From the IMG/VR virus record IMGVR_UViG_3300031998_000044, positions 1-64,000 of that record: DNA of 64,000 bases, one strand, 5' to 3'. Source of the stretch: a virus (lineage: Duplodnaviria > Caudoviricetes). Made by a program: the position numbers and the translations under genes. This document shows, one piece after another, positions 53,575 through 63,630 of the stretch (positions are counted from its first letter, which is position 1; each line of letters begins with the position of its first letter). Below the pieces are notes generated by a model. That model saw only the letters and a list, made by a program, of their open reading frames with translations. It had not been told where the DNA came from and made no database searches.

Positions 53575-53701
53575 ATTACAAAAATAGTAAGGATAATTGT
53601 TGGTTATAAATTACCATAATTTTATATTTGTATCTGTTTTTGAAATTTTTATATTATTATTCCTCAGCCGTCGGTAGTTTTTATCGACGGCATTTTTATT
53701 A

Positions 53702-53753
53702 CTTACACATTTTGTAAGGTATTAAAAATCAACGGTAATATATAGTATTTTTG
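53702..53753 (+). promoter_or_regulatory. Promoter: perfect CTTACA-N5-TGTAAG plus TATTTTTG
   Basis: Palindrome 53702-53718; -7 element 53746-53753; follows a hairpin at 53667-53697; ATG at 53779. Confidence 0.7.
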
Positions 53754-53778
53754 TACATCTTATAACAATAATTACAAT

Positions 53779-53982
53779 ATGGGAAATAATATAAGAATTT
53801 TTAAAAATGAAACATTCGGAGAAGTTAGAGTAACCGAATTGAATGGAGAGCCAATGTTTTGTTTGGCAGATGTAGCAAAAGCGTTAGAATATGCAAACCC
53901 TGCTAAGGCTGTTATAGACCATTGTAAAGGGGTTACCATTTTAGAAACCCCCACTACAGGTGGTATACAGCATATTAAATAA
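53779..53982 (+). pseudogene. Truncated BRO-N (antirepressor-like) gene
   Basis: IFKNETFGEVRV...GEPMFCLADVAKALEYANPAKAVIDHCKG ends prematurely; LLIKSK continues in another frame. Confidence 0.65.
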
Positions 53983-54030
53983 GGCAATATTATCATTATT
54001 AATTAAATCAAAGATTAATCCTTTTTAAAT

Positions 54031-54224
54031 ATGGATAACACAAAACCAAAATATTATCAAAAAGGCAAAATTGAAGTTTGGGATTTTATTAAAGACCAAA
54101 ACTTAGATTTTTTTGCAGGAAATGTAATTAAATATGTATGCCGTACAAGGACAAAAACGGCTTAGAAGATTTAAAAAAGGCACAAGTATATCTTGAAAAA
54201 CTGATTAAAAATATGCAAGAATGA
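54031..54224 (+). pseudogene. Frameshifted DUF3310-family gene
   Basis: MDNTKPKYYQKGKIEVWDFI...GNVIKYVCR, then a one-base loss; KDKNGLEDLKKAQVYLEKLI continues in another frame to a TGA overlapping ATG 54221. Intact paralog at 61954..62190. Confidence 0.75.
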
Positions 54225-54937
54225 GTACATTCAGAGAAATTCTATATATGATTCAAGATGAGTGTAAATACGATACTGATGATTCGTATTACACACATGA
54301 ACATATATTATGGCTAATGCAACGTTATCGTTCACTACTTTTTACACAAAAATACGGTGGTGTTAACGGCAACCTAAAAAAGAAAATTCCTGATAGCAAT
54401 CAACAGGAGATATGTATAGAATTAATGAAGGTTTATGGCAATAATAACGCCCGCTGTGACAGTGGACTATATCTTACGTCTACTAAGCCAATACCGAGCA
54501 TAATGCCGTATACAAAACCAAAACTATACACAGTTGATATGTACTCAACAATTAGCCACATTGACTTTGTAGGCTACGAGCAAATGAAATATAGTGGCAC
54601 AAATAAATATTTCAAGAATATCATTTATGGTAGTATTGCACCAAATAAACATTTATTTTTAAAGGCGCAGAATCCCACTTTTTCTAACCTTGGAAAGATT
54701 AAAATGTCTGCTATATTCGAAGATATTACCGAAGCAGCTAAACTCTCTTGTGACGAAAATTGCGATACTTTGGATAATTCATTTCCTCTCGAAGATGCAC
54801 TTATTCCTGTATTGGTGCAATCAGTAGTCAAAGAACTGACTGAAAGATTAGTTGTACCTGAAGATAAGTCAAACAACGCAGACGACAACCAAAACGAAAA
54901 TATGTACGCTAATGGCAACGCAAGACCTACAGAATAA
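54221..54937 (+). CDS. crAss-like tail ring protein
   Basis: MSTFREILYMIQDE...QEICIELMKV...KMSAIFED...FPLEDALIPVLVQSVVKEL, directly upstream of the muzzle gene. Confidence 0.7.
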   Translation: MSTFREILYMIQDECKYDTDDSYYTHEHILWLMQRYRSLLFTQKYGGVNGNLKKKIPDSNQQEICIELMKVYGNNNARCDSGLYLTSTKPIPSIMPYTKPKLYTVDMYSTISHIDFVGYEQMKYSGTNKYFKNIIYGSIAPNKHLFLKAQNPTFSNLGKIKMSAIFEDITEAAKLSCDENCDTLDNSFPLEDALIPVLVQSVVKELTERLVVPEDKSNNADDNQNENMYANGNARPTE

Positions 54938-57900
54938 TGCACAACAACAAGGTAATGTGCAATCTTTTAAGATTCATGGAATGAAGCATGATTTATCAGA
55001 ATCTGCTTTTGAAAATGAGTTTGCATTTGAGAATATGAATATGCGAATTAATATCGTAGATTCAGATAATACTCTATTGAATCTTACAAATGAAAGAGGA
55101 ACTAAAGCACTCAGTTTAACTTTGCTCGGCAGACCTATTGGTTGTAAAAAATATGCTAATGACAAGATATTATTAATTACAACGCAAGACGGTTCTTCAT
55201 CAACAAAGGACCACATTTATAATATAAAAATCAATAGTAGCGATGTTATTAGTGCTGACGATTTAACAAATGGAAAGAACTATGGCTTCTCATCAAACTA
55301 TCCTATAGAGATTGAACACTATCACGATGGCGAAAAAGATTTCTTCTATCTCGCTGATGGTTTAAATAATTTTAAGACGTTTTGGATAGAAAATAATACA
55401 CTAAAACCGAATGTAAACAACATTGACTACAATAAAGAAATAAGTGGCACAGATTCAATTTTATACAGAATAATAAAGGCACAAAATGCTGAATTTTATT
55501 CTGGTGTAATTGTTTATTGTTTTTGCTATGTTACAGAACAAGGTCATAAAACAGGTATAATTGATATGACACCTGTAATAAAATTGACTAACCATGGTTT
55601 ATCACATGGTTTAGAGCCAAACAAAAAAACAAACGTAGCAATTAATATCAAATGCCTAAAATTAAGTTCTAATTTTAAAAATGTAGAAATATATTCATTG
55701 TACCGCAGTTCCCTTGATGGAGATATGATAGTTAGGAAGGTAACATCAATTAACATCAAAAATTCATCTATAAAAGCACAAACAATTATTGATGATTTTA
55801 ATGGCGAGAGAATTTTAACTCCTACGGAAATACAAAATTATTATGCAGACGCTAACTATGCTATACAAAATAGGAATATAGATTTTGTCGATGAAAATAA
55901 AGGAGATATAATCTCTTACCAGGAACTTTTAACTCGTGTTAATTCAGTACTTATACCAAGTACATTGTGTTCTAAAAATAATACTTTGTTTCTTGGTAAT
56001 ATAAAAACAAATAATTTCACTGCACTTAAATCTTTAATTTCGATTAGCGGTGGCAAGACAGTAACAGATAAAGGTTCATATAATGAGAACTATTTTTATA
56101 GTAAGAACAAATATTATGCAGGTGTACAACTACAAGACAAATACGGCAACTGGACACCTGTTATTGGAGTAAGTCAAATAACATACAAACAAAACGTTGT
56201 ACTTAGTTCTACGTTTGTAAATGCTGCAATTAATCAAGGATATATAGCAGCAAGAGGAATGATGTTAGATGATAAGAGAGTTCGTAACTCTATTGCTCAA
56301 GGAATAGGTCTGAAAACAATCAAAATAGAAGAAGGCAAATATGGTGTAGATATATATGCAGCATACTCACATACTCTCCAAAATGCAATTTTTGAAGGAT
56401 TTGATGCTGAAAATCGACCTAATCTTGCTCCAGCAGAAGACACGCCATATTATCCTCCATATTTGGATGCTAAAGGTTATTCTATTGGATATACTTCATT
56501 TTATGATTTATATTCTCCAGATGTCGAATTTGATGAAAATTTCTATTTGGATAGCAGTGTAACACATAAAATTGAATATGCTTCCTGTGTTCCAACAGAA
56601 TATTACCCAGAGATTGATGTAACACTAAGTAGTAACAATGGTGTTTTATTCAATAATTCTGACGAAATAGGTAAAGCTATATACGATACTGATTTGAATA
56701 AATTTTATTGGATTGATTGTATTGCAAACTATCAGAACGCATTACAATTACAATTCGGAGGAGATAGCCTAAGCCAAACAAATATTTCATTGACACCTTT
56801 ATATTTTCTTGATTCTTATGATTTATACGAAGAACCAACAAAATTTAAAATATATGTTTGGCAGCCATCTGGAAGTTTAAATGATTCAGACGGCAGAGTT
56901 TCCGTTCTAAATACTAAAAAAATTGGTTGGTATTCAGTTTGGAGCGCAGGTGCGTCAGGCAGTGGTACATATTCAACCACACTAAATAAACAAATTTATA
57001 CATTTGATGGAACTAATTCGATTATACCATTAAATTATACTACTGATTTAGGAAGTGAAACAAAAACTTATTGTGGCATAGTAAATCTAAAACTTTTCCA
57101 AAAAACATGGACTGTTGGAACTGTAACAAATGATGATTCGAGTTCTGGATATTTTGACAGTTACAATGAACAAACAATTTTTTATGATTTTGCTCGTTCA
57201 TTCATGCGTTCTACATCATTTGTAGGTCAGCCTATAGAATTTCAATATCCACAAAGAGGTGATGGACAAGCTGATTATGAATATTATAAATTCTTAATAA
57301 ACTATACTGTACACCAAAAAATACTTGATGATAATATAACAGTTAATGCTAATGCAAAAGTTTATAAATGGGATGATACATCAATACATATACATTCATA
57401 TAGTAATATAAATGGTTGGCATGACAAAGATTTTATAAACCATAGTGGTGATGGATTACCTATACTTGTATCTAACAATTTCTCAAGGAAGAATCAAATA
57501 ACAGTAACATATAGGACAAATAAACATCTTATTGCAGAACTTAATGGAAACAATGTTAAGATAAAATTTTTAATCTCTGATAATGAATCGTTAAATAACG
57601 TAGATATTGAAAGAGGTAGATGGATTGTAGCATCGCCAAAAGACATATTAACACAAAATCAAGGATTAACACTTAATATGAATCTCGATGATGTGTATGT
57701 ATGGAATTCAGGAGAAAGACGTTATCAATCTCTGATTTCTGAGCCATATTCACAATATGATACGAATCAAGTTTGTTATCTTGCATCAGTAGAAGGAGTA
57801 AGCTCTTATATCAATCCTTTTTGTAGGTGTGATAAATTTGTTAACACTACAAGCCCGATGAATATGTCTAATGAGTTCTTTAATAAGATGAATATGGTCT

Positions 57901-59054
57901 ACAATCAGAAGAACAACTTTTTCATATACACAGGCATTACTGCAGATACTGTAACAGATGATACGTTGGATAACACTATTTTATATTCTGATTTAAAAGT
58001 GTCTAATGAGAAAGAAGATTCATTTATAAATCTTCCAACAACAAATTTCTTTACAATAGACAGTTCCATAACAAAAATTAACAAGCTTATAACGTATAAC
58101 GATAAAATACTATGTTTTAGCGATAATGCTATATCACAGATACTTTATAACGAAAATGTTGTAATTAATACTGAATCTGTACAATCTCTTGGATTAGCTT
58201 CTACCGATAAAGTTACAGGTTCGCAATTAATAACCAACACTTACGGTTGTTTGAACAAATGGAGTATAGGTATATTCAATAATGACTTGTACTTCATCGA
58301 TGATTTGAACAATAAATTAATGGTATATAATGGCGAATTTTTGGCTTTGAACGAGAAATTAGGTATAGAAACACTAAACAATAAGCTGATTAAAAATAAA
58401 GTGTGGAATCCAAATTCTTGGTACAATACTAAGTTTAATATTGATAAATATGCCAAAGACGTACATTACACAACAAGTGATTTTGACATAGCATTTAATA
58501 GCGAATTAGGGTCTTTCACAAGTATATACAGTTACGAAAACATATCGTTTATTGAAACAATAGGCAGTCATACAATAGCATTTAAATACAATAGTGGTAA
58601 TACAAACGCAGTATATTTGCGTGAAGGAAACTATAATCAGTTCTTCGGAACTTATAAACCATTCTATACGACTGTCATTGTCAACCAAAACAGCATAATC
58701 AATAAGACGTTATCGTATATTGAATATAGTTCAGAAGCATATTCAATGTCGAATAATACATTAGTTCCTCAACATAATTATACATTTAGCCATATCGAAT
58801 TTTGGAACGACTATCAAGAATCAAAAGATAGCCACAAAGTAAAGATTGATTACAAAATGTACGGTCAATCATTACTTAAACGAAAATTCAGAATATGGAG
58901 AATAAATCGTTTTAGAGATTATACACGATTGCCTGGACGTAATTACGATATGTTATCTAACACTTGGCACTATATGAAGTTGCTAACTGATGGTACTGCG
59001 TTAGAACAGAATTACAAACTTACATTCCATTGGTTGAACGTATACTACCGATAA
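54912..59054 (+). CDS. crAss-like muzzle / tail stabilisation protein (~1380 aa)
   Basis: N-terminal FKIHGMKHDLSESAFENEFAFENMNMRI, central YYAGVQLQDKYGNW, C-terminal LKRKFRIWR. Track start 54852, likely ATG 54912. Confidence 0.75.
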   Translation: MATQDLQNNAQQQGNVQSFKIHGMKHDLSESAFENEFAFENMNMRINIVDSDNTLLNLTNERGTKALSLTLLGRPIGCKKYANDKILLITTQDGSSSTKDHIYNIKINSSDVISADDLTNGKNYGFSSNYPIEIEHYHDGEKDFFYLADGLNNFKTFWIENNTLKPNVNNIDYNKEISGTDSILYRIIKAQNAEFYSGVIVYCFCYVTEQGHKTGIIDMTPVIKLTNHGLSHGLEPNKKTNVAINIKCLKLSSNFKNVEIYSLYRSSLDGDMIVRKVTSINIKNSSIKAQTIIDDFNGERILTPTEIQNYYADANYAIQNRNIDFVDENKGDIISYQELLTRVNSVLIPSTLCSKNNTLFLGNIKTNNFTALKSLISISGGKTVTDKGSYNENYFYSKNKYYAGVQLQDKYGNWTPVIGVSQITYKQNVVLSSTFVNAAINQGYIAARGMMLDDKRVRNSIAQGIGLKTIKIEEGKYGVDIYAAYSHTLQNAIFEGFDAENRPNLAPAEDTPYYPPYLDAKGYSIGYTSFYDLYSPDVEFDENFYLDSSVTHKIEYASCVPTEYYPEIDVTLSSNNGVLFNNSDEIGKAIYDTDLNKFYWIDCIANYQNALQLQFGGDSLSQTNISLTPLYFLDSYDLYEEPTKFKIYVWQPSGSLNDSDGRVSVLNTKKIGWYSVWSAGASGSGTYSTTLNKQIYTFDGTNSIIPLNYTTDLGSETKTYCGIVNLKLFQKTWTVGTVTNDDSSSGYFDSYNEQTIFYDFARSFMRSTSFVGQPIEFQYPQRGDGQADYEYYKFLINYTVHQKILDDNITVNANAKVYKWDDTSIHIHSYSNINGWHDKDFINHSGDGLPILVSNNFSRKNQITVTYRTNKHLIAELNGNNVKIKFLISDNESLNNVDIERGRWIVASPKDILTQNQGLTLNMNLDDVYVWNSGERRYQSLISEPYSQYDTNQVCYLASVEGVSSYINPFCRCDKFVNTTSPMNMSNEFFNKMNMVYNQKNNFFIYTGITADTVTDDTLDNTILYSDLKVSNEKEDSFINLPTTNFFTIDSSITKINKLITYNDKILCFSDNAISQILYNENVVINTESVQSLGLASTDKVTGSQLITNTYGCLNKWSIGIFNNDLYFIDDLNNKLMVYNGEFLALNEKLGIETLNNKLIKNKVWNPNSWYNTKFNIDKYAKDVHYTTSDFDIAFNSELGSFTSIYSYENISFIETIGSHTIAFKYNSGNTNAVYLREGNYNQFFGTYKPFYTTVIVNQNSIINKTLSYIEYSSEAYSMSNNTLVPQHNYTFSHIEFWNDYQESKDSHKVKIDYKMYGQSLLKRKFRIWRINRFRDYTRLPGRNYDMLSNTWHYMKLLTDGTALEQNYKLTFHWLNVYYR

Positions 59055-59080
59055 ATTCCTTATATTTTGTATATTAAAAG

Positions 59081-59112
59081 AAAACGCCCGACATTAATTT
59101 GCCGAGCGTTTT
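59081..59112. terminator. Bidirectional terminator between convergent virion operons
   Basis: AAAACGCCCG/CGAGCGTTTT inverted repeat with A and T flanks. Confidence 0.65.
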
Positions 59113-59137
59113 CATTATAAACACGTATTACTAAAAA

Positions 59138-60439
59138 CTAACCCTTTGTATAAGTTATGTCAGCTACATCAGAATCAGTCATAGTTGCTTTTATAGCAAT
59201 TGCCTTGATTGTGGTTGTTTCTGAAAGAGTAATCTTAGTTGCTGGGTCGTATTCAGTGCTGCCTGATGTCGGTGTAGTTGTACCATCAGTAGTATAATAA
59301 ATAGTTGCACCATCAGTAGCGCATGTAATTTCAACTACTTGGTCAGATGAAGAATCTTCCCATGCAGCAGGACTGAACTCAGGAGTTGCTACTTTTGTAG
59401 GAGTAGTATCATCATCATCGTCGTCATCATCATCGTCGTCATCATCAACAGTGATAGTTGGATAAGAACATCCAGTTGCATTATTGATTTCTGTAACGAT
59501 TGAATTGATAACTGCTGCTTTGTCAGAAACTACAACGATGTCTTTCTCTGATTTCTGTACGCTCTCGTTGCTACCTACATAACAATAGTGAATTGTCAAG
59601 TAGTTGTACTCTTTTAAGGGGTCAACCAAAGGTTCGCTTGAAAGCGGATAAGTGTAACCATGAGGATAATCGCCGTTGATAGCAAGTGAGAAATCTTCTG
59701 CATCGGCTGTTTTCTTGCCGTTACCGAAGTATTCTGTTTCAGATGTAGATTCAGTAATGGTTGCCCATTCAACGTCTGAATTAGAATATTTAATAACAGA
59801 ATCATTAAGAGTAATGCGATAACGTTCAAATGAGAACGAATTACGTTTCCAATACGGTTCAGCTTCTTTGATAATAACACTTGAAGCACTGATATCAGAA
59901 AGGTCGGTTTCCTTTGTAAGAGGAGTAATTTCCATTTCACTCGATGACGAGTAACCGATAAATACAGAAACAGGCTTGTCAGGCTCACGAGAAAAATTCT
60001 TAGCAATAGAGATTGCAAGTTTCTTGTAAAAGTCGCTGTTAGTAAGACCTGCATAACCATGTACAGCACCGTATTTAATGTACTCATTAATATCAGACTT
60101 GTCGTAATAACCTGCGGTTTTAACACGCAAGATATAATCTTCACCCGAGACAATATTACCCGAGTTAACATTGCTGTTAAGAGTAACAGTAAATACTTTT
60201 TTGTACATACGTTGAGATTCTGCTGATGCTGTTTTAACCCAAAGTATGTTTTTTACAGGGATGAGGTCAGAACGTGTCTGAATTCCTTTTGCGTCTACAT
60301 ACTTCAAAATAAGGTCACAACCGTCTCCGCCTACTTTTGCTTTAATTGTGCCAGGCGCAGCGACTACTCCGTCAGAAACGGTATTGCCGTATGCATAGGC
60401 AACAAATAATTTCTTTGCTTGGTTTGTGTTTCTACTCAT
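59138..60439 (-). CDS. crAss-like auxiliary capsid/decoration protein with poly-Asp linker and C-terminal FN3-associated/chitobiase-like domain
   Basis: N-part NQAKKLFVA...SDLIP...GEDYILRV...KYGAVH...FYKKLAISIAKNFSRE; D13 linker; C-part VATPEFSP...VEITCATDGATIYYTTDGTTP...YDPATKITLSETTTIKAIAIK. Confidence 0.7.
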   Translation of the reverse strand: MSRNTNQAKKLFVAYAYGNTVSDGVVAAPGTIKAKVGGDGCDLILKYVDAKGIQTRSDLIPVKNILWVKTASAESQRMYKKVFTVTLNSNVNSGNIVSGEDYILRVKTAGYYDKSDINEYIKYGAVHGYAGLTNSDFYKKLAISIAKNFSREPDKPVSVFIGYSSSSEMEITPLTKETDLSDISASSVIIKEAEPYWKRNSFSFERYRITLNDSVIKYSNSDVEWATITESTSETEYFGNGKKTADAEDFSLAINGDYPHGYTYPLSSEPLVDPLKEYNYLTIHYCYVGSNESVQKSEKDIVVVSDKAAVINSIVTEINNATGCSYPTITVDDDDDDDDDDDDDTTPTKVATPEFSPAAWEDSSSDQVVEITCATDGATIYYTTDGTTTPTSGSTEYDPATKITLSETTTIKAIAIKATMTDSDVADITYTKG

Positions 60440-60471
60440 TGTACTAAAGTATTAAATTTAACATATGTTGA

Positions 60472-61212
60472 TTATTGGTTGTTTTCTTGTGTCTGTTGTA
60501 TCTGTTGTGTTACATTGTTTCTTCTTGATTGTATTGCCATTTGAACTGCAAGTTCCAATATGTCATGATGTATACTTTCATGCAACTCACATTCGGTACG
60601 TGTCTTGACTTCTCCTCTCGTTCCTGTTAAATCTCCGAATAATGATACTGTTTGCATATTGTATGTATCACTCAAATCAGTCAGAATTATAGGATTGAGT
60701 TTCTTAATGTACCTTACAAAATAGCGTTTCAAATCATATTTGGTCAGAATCTCTACTACATTGTTGTCAAGATTTAATCGCAATGCACGATTTTCGTTTG
60801 GTCCTTTAAATGGATTACCAAGTATCTTTGTTAACTTGTCATGTGTCGTAGGTGCAACCGAAACTCTTTTGTTCTTCAAACATTTGTCCTTGCTGTCTAA
60901 AACTGCTTCCTCGTACACAATTAACCATAAATCAATAGGTAATTGATAAAAGTGAGAGTTATCCGAAGCAGGATATAATGGATTAATTACAGTTCCTTCA
61001 TATTCTTCATTAGCAACGAATGTTCTAATCAATGGTGCTAAAATTTCCCTTGCCATTTCATTACGTTCAAATTCTTGATATAATCTCGATACGGTTATTT
61101 CCTGTGAACGTGTAAGCCATAATGACTTTTCATATTCATCGAACATTAATCCGTCTGGAATATATGCATTGACTAATATGTCCCACTCGTTGCTAAATTG
61201 TTCGGTATTCAT
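60472..61212 (-). CDS. crAss-like ring/head-tail connector protein
   Basis: MNTEQFSNEWDIL...EYEKSLWLT...CELHESIHHDILELAV; paralog of the next ORF. Confidence 0.75.
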   Translation of the reverse strand: MNTEQFSNEWDILVNAYIPDGLMFDEYEKSLWLTRSQEITVSRLYQEFERNEMAREILAPLIRTFVANEEYEGTVINPLYPASDNSHFYQLPIDLWLIVYEEAVLDSKDKCLKNKRVSVAPTTHDKLTKILGNPFKGPNENRALRLNLDNNVVEILTKYDLKRYFVRYIKKLNPIILTDLSDTYNMQTVSLFGDLTGTRGEVKTRTECELHESIHHDILELAVQMAIQSRRNNVTQQIQQTQENNQ

Positions 61213-61973
61213 TATTCACTTCTTCCTCCAATAGTTAATAATGATTGTATATCTCCAATTGCTGTAGATTTCGCAATTTCAACAGCACGTTGCAAAATCT
61301 CTGGATGTACTGATTCATCTAATTCGCAAGTTTGTTGTTGCGTTTCACCAAGTATCGTCAGTCCACCAAATGTTTCAGTGTAATCTGTAACTGTTGATAA
61401 GTCAAACAAAATAATCGGTTTCGGAAATCTTATATACCTAATAGCATAATCAGATATTGTAGCACCTGTTTTTACAATTATCTCGGATATTGTATTCCCA
61501 TTAGTTGTATCAATTCCAAGTAATCTCCATCCTTGATATTTATATGGTTGTTTGTAAGGACGAGATTTATAAAGAGATAACTCATCAAATGTAATTGGCG
61601 TAATATTTATTTCATGAGTATGGTCAGTATCATAAGTTATTGTAGCCGTTTCGTTAATTATATACATGATATTTTGCGGCAATTGATACAGTACTCCACG
61701 TTTGTCAAACTTCGTATAGTTATTCAAATTTGTAGTTATCTCTGTTGGATTGGCTATGGTAGTAAGTTTATGGAAGTCAATTTGCCTTTTAGGACTACCG
61801 TCAAAACCTTCGCCGTATTTGTTTCCTTTTGGATTAAATATATTTCTACAATATTCGATTTCAGCCTTTGTCAGCACAACAGATTTTTCGTATTCGTTCA
61901 AACCTGGTGCGGCATTGGACGATACGTTGTTATACAGAATATCAAATTCGTTACTAAACTCTTGTGCTGTCAT
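61212..61973 (-). CDS. crAss-like ring/head-tail connector protein
   Basis: MTAQEFSNEFDILYNNVSSNAAPGLNEYEKSVVLTKAE...CELDESVHPEILQRAVE. Confidence 0.8.
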   Translation of the reverse strand: MTAQEFSNEFDILYNNVSSNAAPGLNEYEKSVVLTKAEIEYCRNIFNPKGNKYGEGFDGSPKRQIDFHKLTTIANPTEITTNLNNYTKFDKRGVLYQLPQNIMYIINETATITYDTDHTHEINITPITFDELSLYKSRPYKQPYKYQGWRLLGIDTTNGNTISEIIVKTGATISDYAIRYIRFPKPIILFDLSTVTDYTETFGGLTILGETQQQTCELDESVHPEILQRAVEIAKSTAIGDIQSLLTIGGRSE

Positions 61974-62190
61974 TGTTGTATGTATCTATCAGTTTTTCTA
62001 AATAGGTTTTAGCTTTAATCAAATCTTCTAATCCATTTTTCCCTTTGTATCGGCAAACATATTTTATTATGTTACCTTCCAAAAAACCAAGATTTTGTTC
62101 CATAATAAAGTCCCATACTTCGGTTTTACCACGTTTATAATAAGGTGGCTTTATTCCAATACTATTTGCTTCCTGTATGTCCGAACCCAT
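61954..62190 (-). CDS. DUF3310-family protein
   Basis: PPYYKRGKTEVWDFI...GNIIKYVCRYKGKNGLEDLIKAKTYL. Confidence 0.75.
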   Translation of the reverse strand: MGSDIQEANSIGIKPPYYKRGKTEVWDFIMEQNLGFLEGNIIKYVCRYKGKNGLEDLIKAKTYLEKLIDTYNNDSTRV

Positions 62191-62587
62191 TTTCGCCTCG
62201 TTCTCCTTCTTCTATATTTTCAACTTCTACAAAATCTGCATATAAGCAAGGAATAAGAATAATTTGAGTAACTTTATCTCCAATCTTAATCTTTTTATCT
62301 CTGCCAATATTTTGCAGCGTAGCAACTATTTCTCCTGAATATCCTTCATCAATTACTCCACGGCAAGTAATGCCGCATTTTGAATTAAGTCCAGATTTCG
62401 ATTGCAACAAACCGAAATATCCTTTTGGCATCTCAATATGCACTCCAGTATGAATATTTGCCCAATGTCCGTGTTTCAATAAAACTGTTTCGTTAGCATA
62501 AAGGTCAGCACCTGCATCTGTAGGATATTCTCGTTTAGGGGCTTTCGCCCCCTTATCGAGCTTTATTTTAACTTGTACGTTTGTCAT
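62162..62587 (-). CDS. dut: Trimeric dUTPase
   Basis: DAGADL, SKSGL, GVIDEGYSGEI, KVTQII, RGENGFGHTG. Confidence 0.95.
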   Translation of the reverse strand: MTNVQVKIKLDKGAKAPKREYPTDAGADLYANETVLLKHGHWANIHTGVHIEMPKGYFGLLQSKSGLNSKCGITCRGVIDEGYSGEIVATLQNIGRDKKIKIGDKVTQIILIPCLYADFVEVENIEEGERGENGFGHTGSK

Positions 62588-63537
62588 TTGTCAGAATTTA
62601 CTTTTTGTTCAATAGAGAACTTAATGTTATCATTTTTTATAGTATTAAGGTATTTGCAAGCGTTTGTAAGTGTCGGGTCTTCTCCGTTCTCGCACAAAGG
62701 AGTGTTTGTTTCTTTATCGTAGTAATATGTACCACGTTTAACAATAACACCTTTATCTGTTGCTCGCAAAATAAGAACTTTCGTCTTAAAGTATTTGTCT
62801 TGAACGATTTTTAAGAATGTTTTCGGGTCTGTTTCTACGTAGTTTGATACCTGCTCTTGTAAGAAACCAATCTTAGAAGTAGGCGGAATTATCTTACGCT
62901 CGAACACAGATAATACAACTCGCATAGAATCGATACTTTCTTGAATCTTTCCAAATTCCATCCAAGATTGTTTTTTGTAATTAATCTTAGATGCTATTCT
63001 GTCATTCTCGTTATCGTTCATAATAGCGACAAACTGATATGTTTCCAAAGGACGTTCTTGCATTTCTGAAAGTGATGATGCTACAATTGCTTTGTTTGTC
63101 ATCAAAATCTTGAACTTAATATAGTCCGTAGGATTAGATAAATCAAAAATAGTATCGCTCTTGCCTATCGTTACTCTGCTAATACCATATTTGTTACGTT
63201 CGTCAAAAAAGTTATCATCATGTTTATTGGGATTTAAATCACCAGGTTTTAGTCCCATTGCTTTTTCCAAACAACGTTGCTCATCTTCTGTCAAAAATTC
63301 TACGTATGAGCCATTTGGATTTTTGCGTAAACAAAATGAACGATGGCTATTGTCAGTCATACCACCAAAAAGAATGTGGTCTTTGTCCGTTACTATTCCC
63401 TTTTGTTTAGGAACAAAACGAATTATAACTTTTTCATTTGTCAAACAATTGAACGGTTCTTGTTTCTTATCAATATCAAAATCTGAACCTGCAACTGTTT
63501 CGACTTTTTCGTTAATTTGTTTTTTTTGAAAAGGCAT
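62584..63537 (-). CDS. Conserved crAss-like protein encoded downstream of the major capsid gene
   Basis: NEKVIIRFVPK...HILFGGM...DLSNPTDYIKFKIL...NIKFSIEQK pattern and position next to MCP. Confidence 0.7.
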   Translation of the reverse strand: MPFQKKQINEKVETVAGSDFDIDKKQEPFNCLTNEKVIIRFVPKQKGIVTDKDHILFGGMTDNSHRSFCLRKNPNGSYVEFLTEDEQRCLEKAMGLKPGDLNPNKHDDNFFDERNKYGISRVTIGKSDTIFDLSNPTDYIKFKILMTNKAIVASSLSEMQERPLETYQFVAIMNDNENDRIASKINYKKQSWMEFGKIQESIDSMRVVLSVFERKIIPPTSKIGFLQEQVSNYVETDPKTFLKIVQDKYFKTKVLILRATDKGVIVKRGTYYYDKETNTPLCENGEDPTLTNACKYLNTIKNDNIKFSIEQKVNSDK

Positions 63538-63558
63538 AATATTAAAAATTTAAAAATT

Positions 63559-63613
63559 AAAAAAGGCGGGCGACACAAATCGTCGCAATGTTCCGCAGCG
63601 CAGTCGCTCGCCC
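63559..63613 (-). terminator. Terminator-like hairpin after MCP
   Basis: Minus strand GGCGAGCGAC...GTCGCCCGCC plus T run, with a 28-nt loop. Confidence 0.6.
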
Positions 63614-63630
63614 ATAATTACTATAACTAT

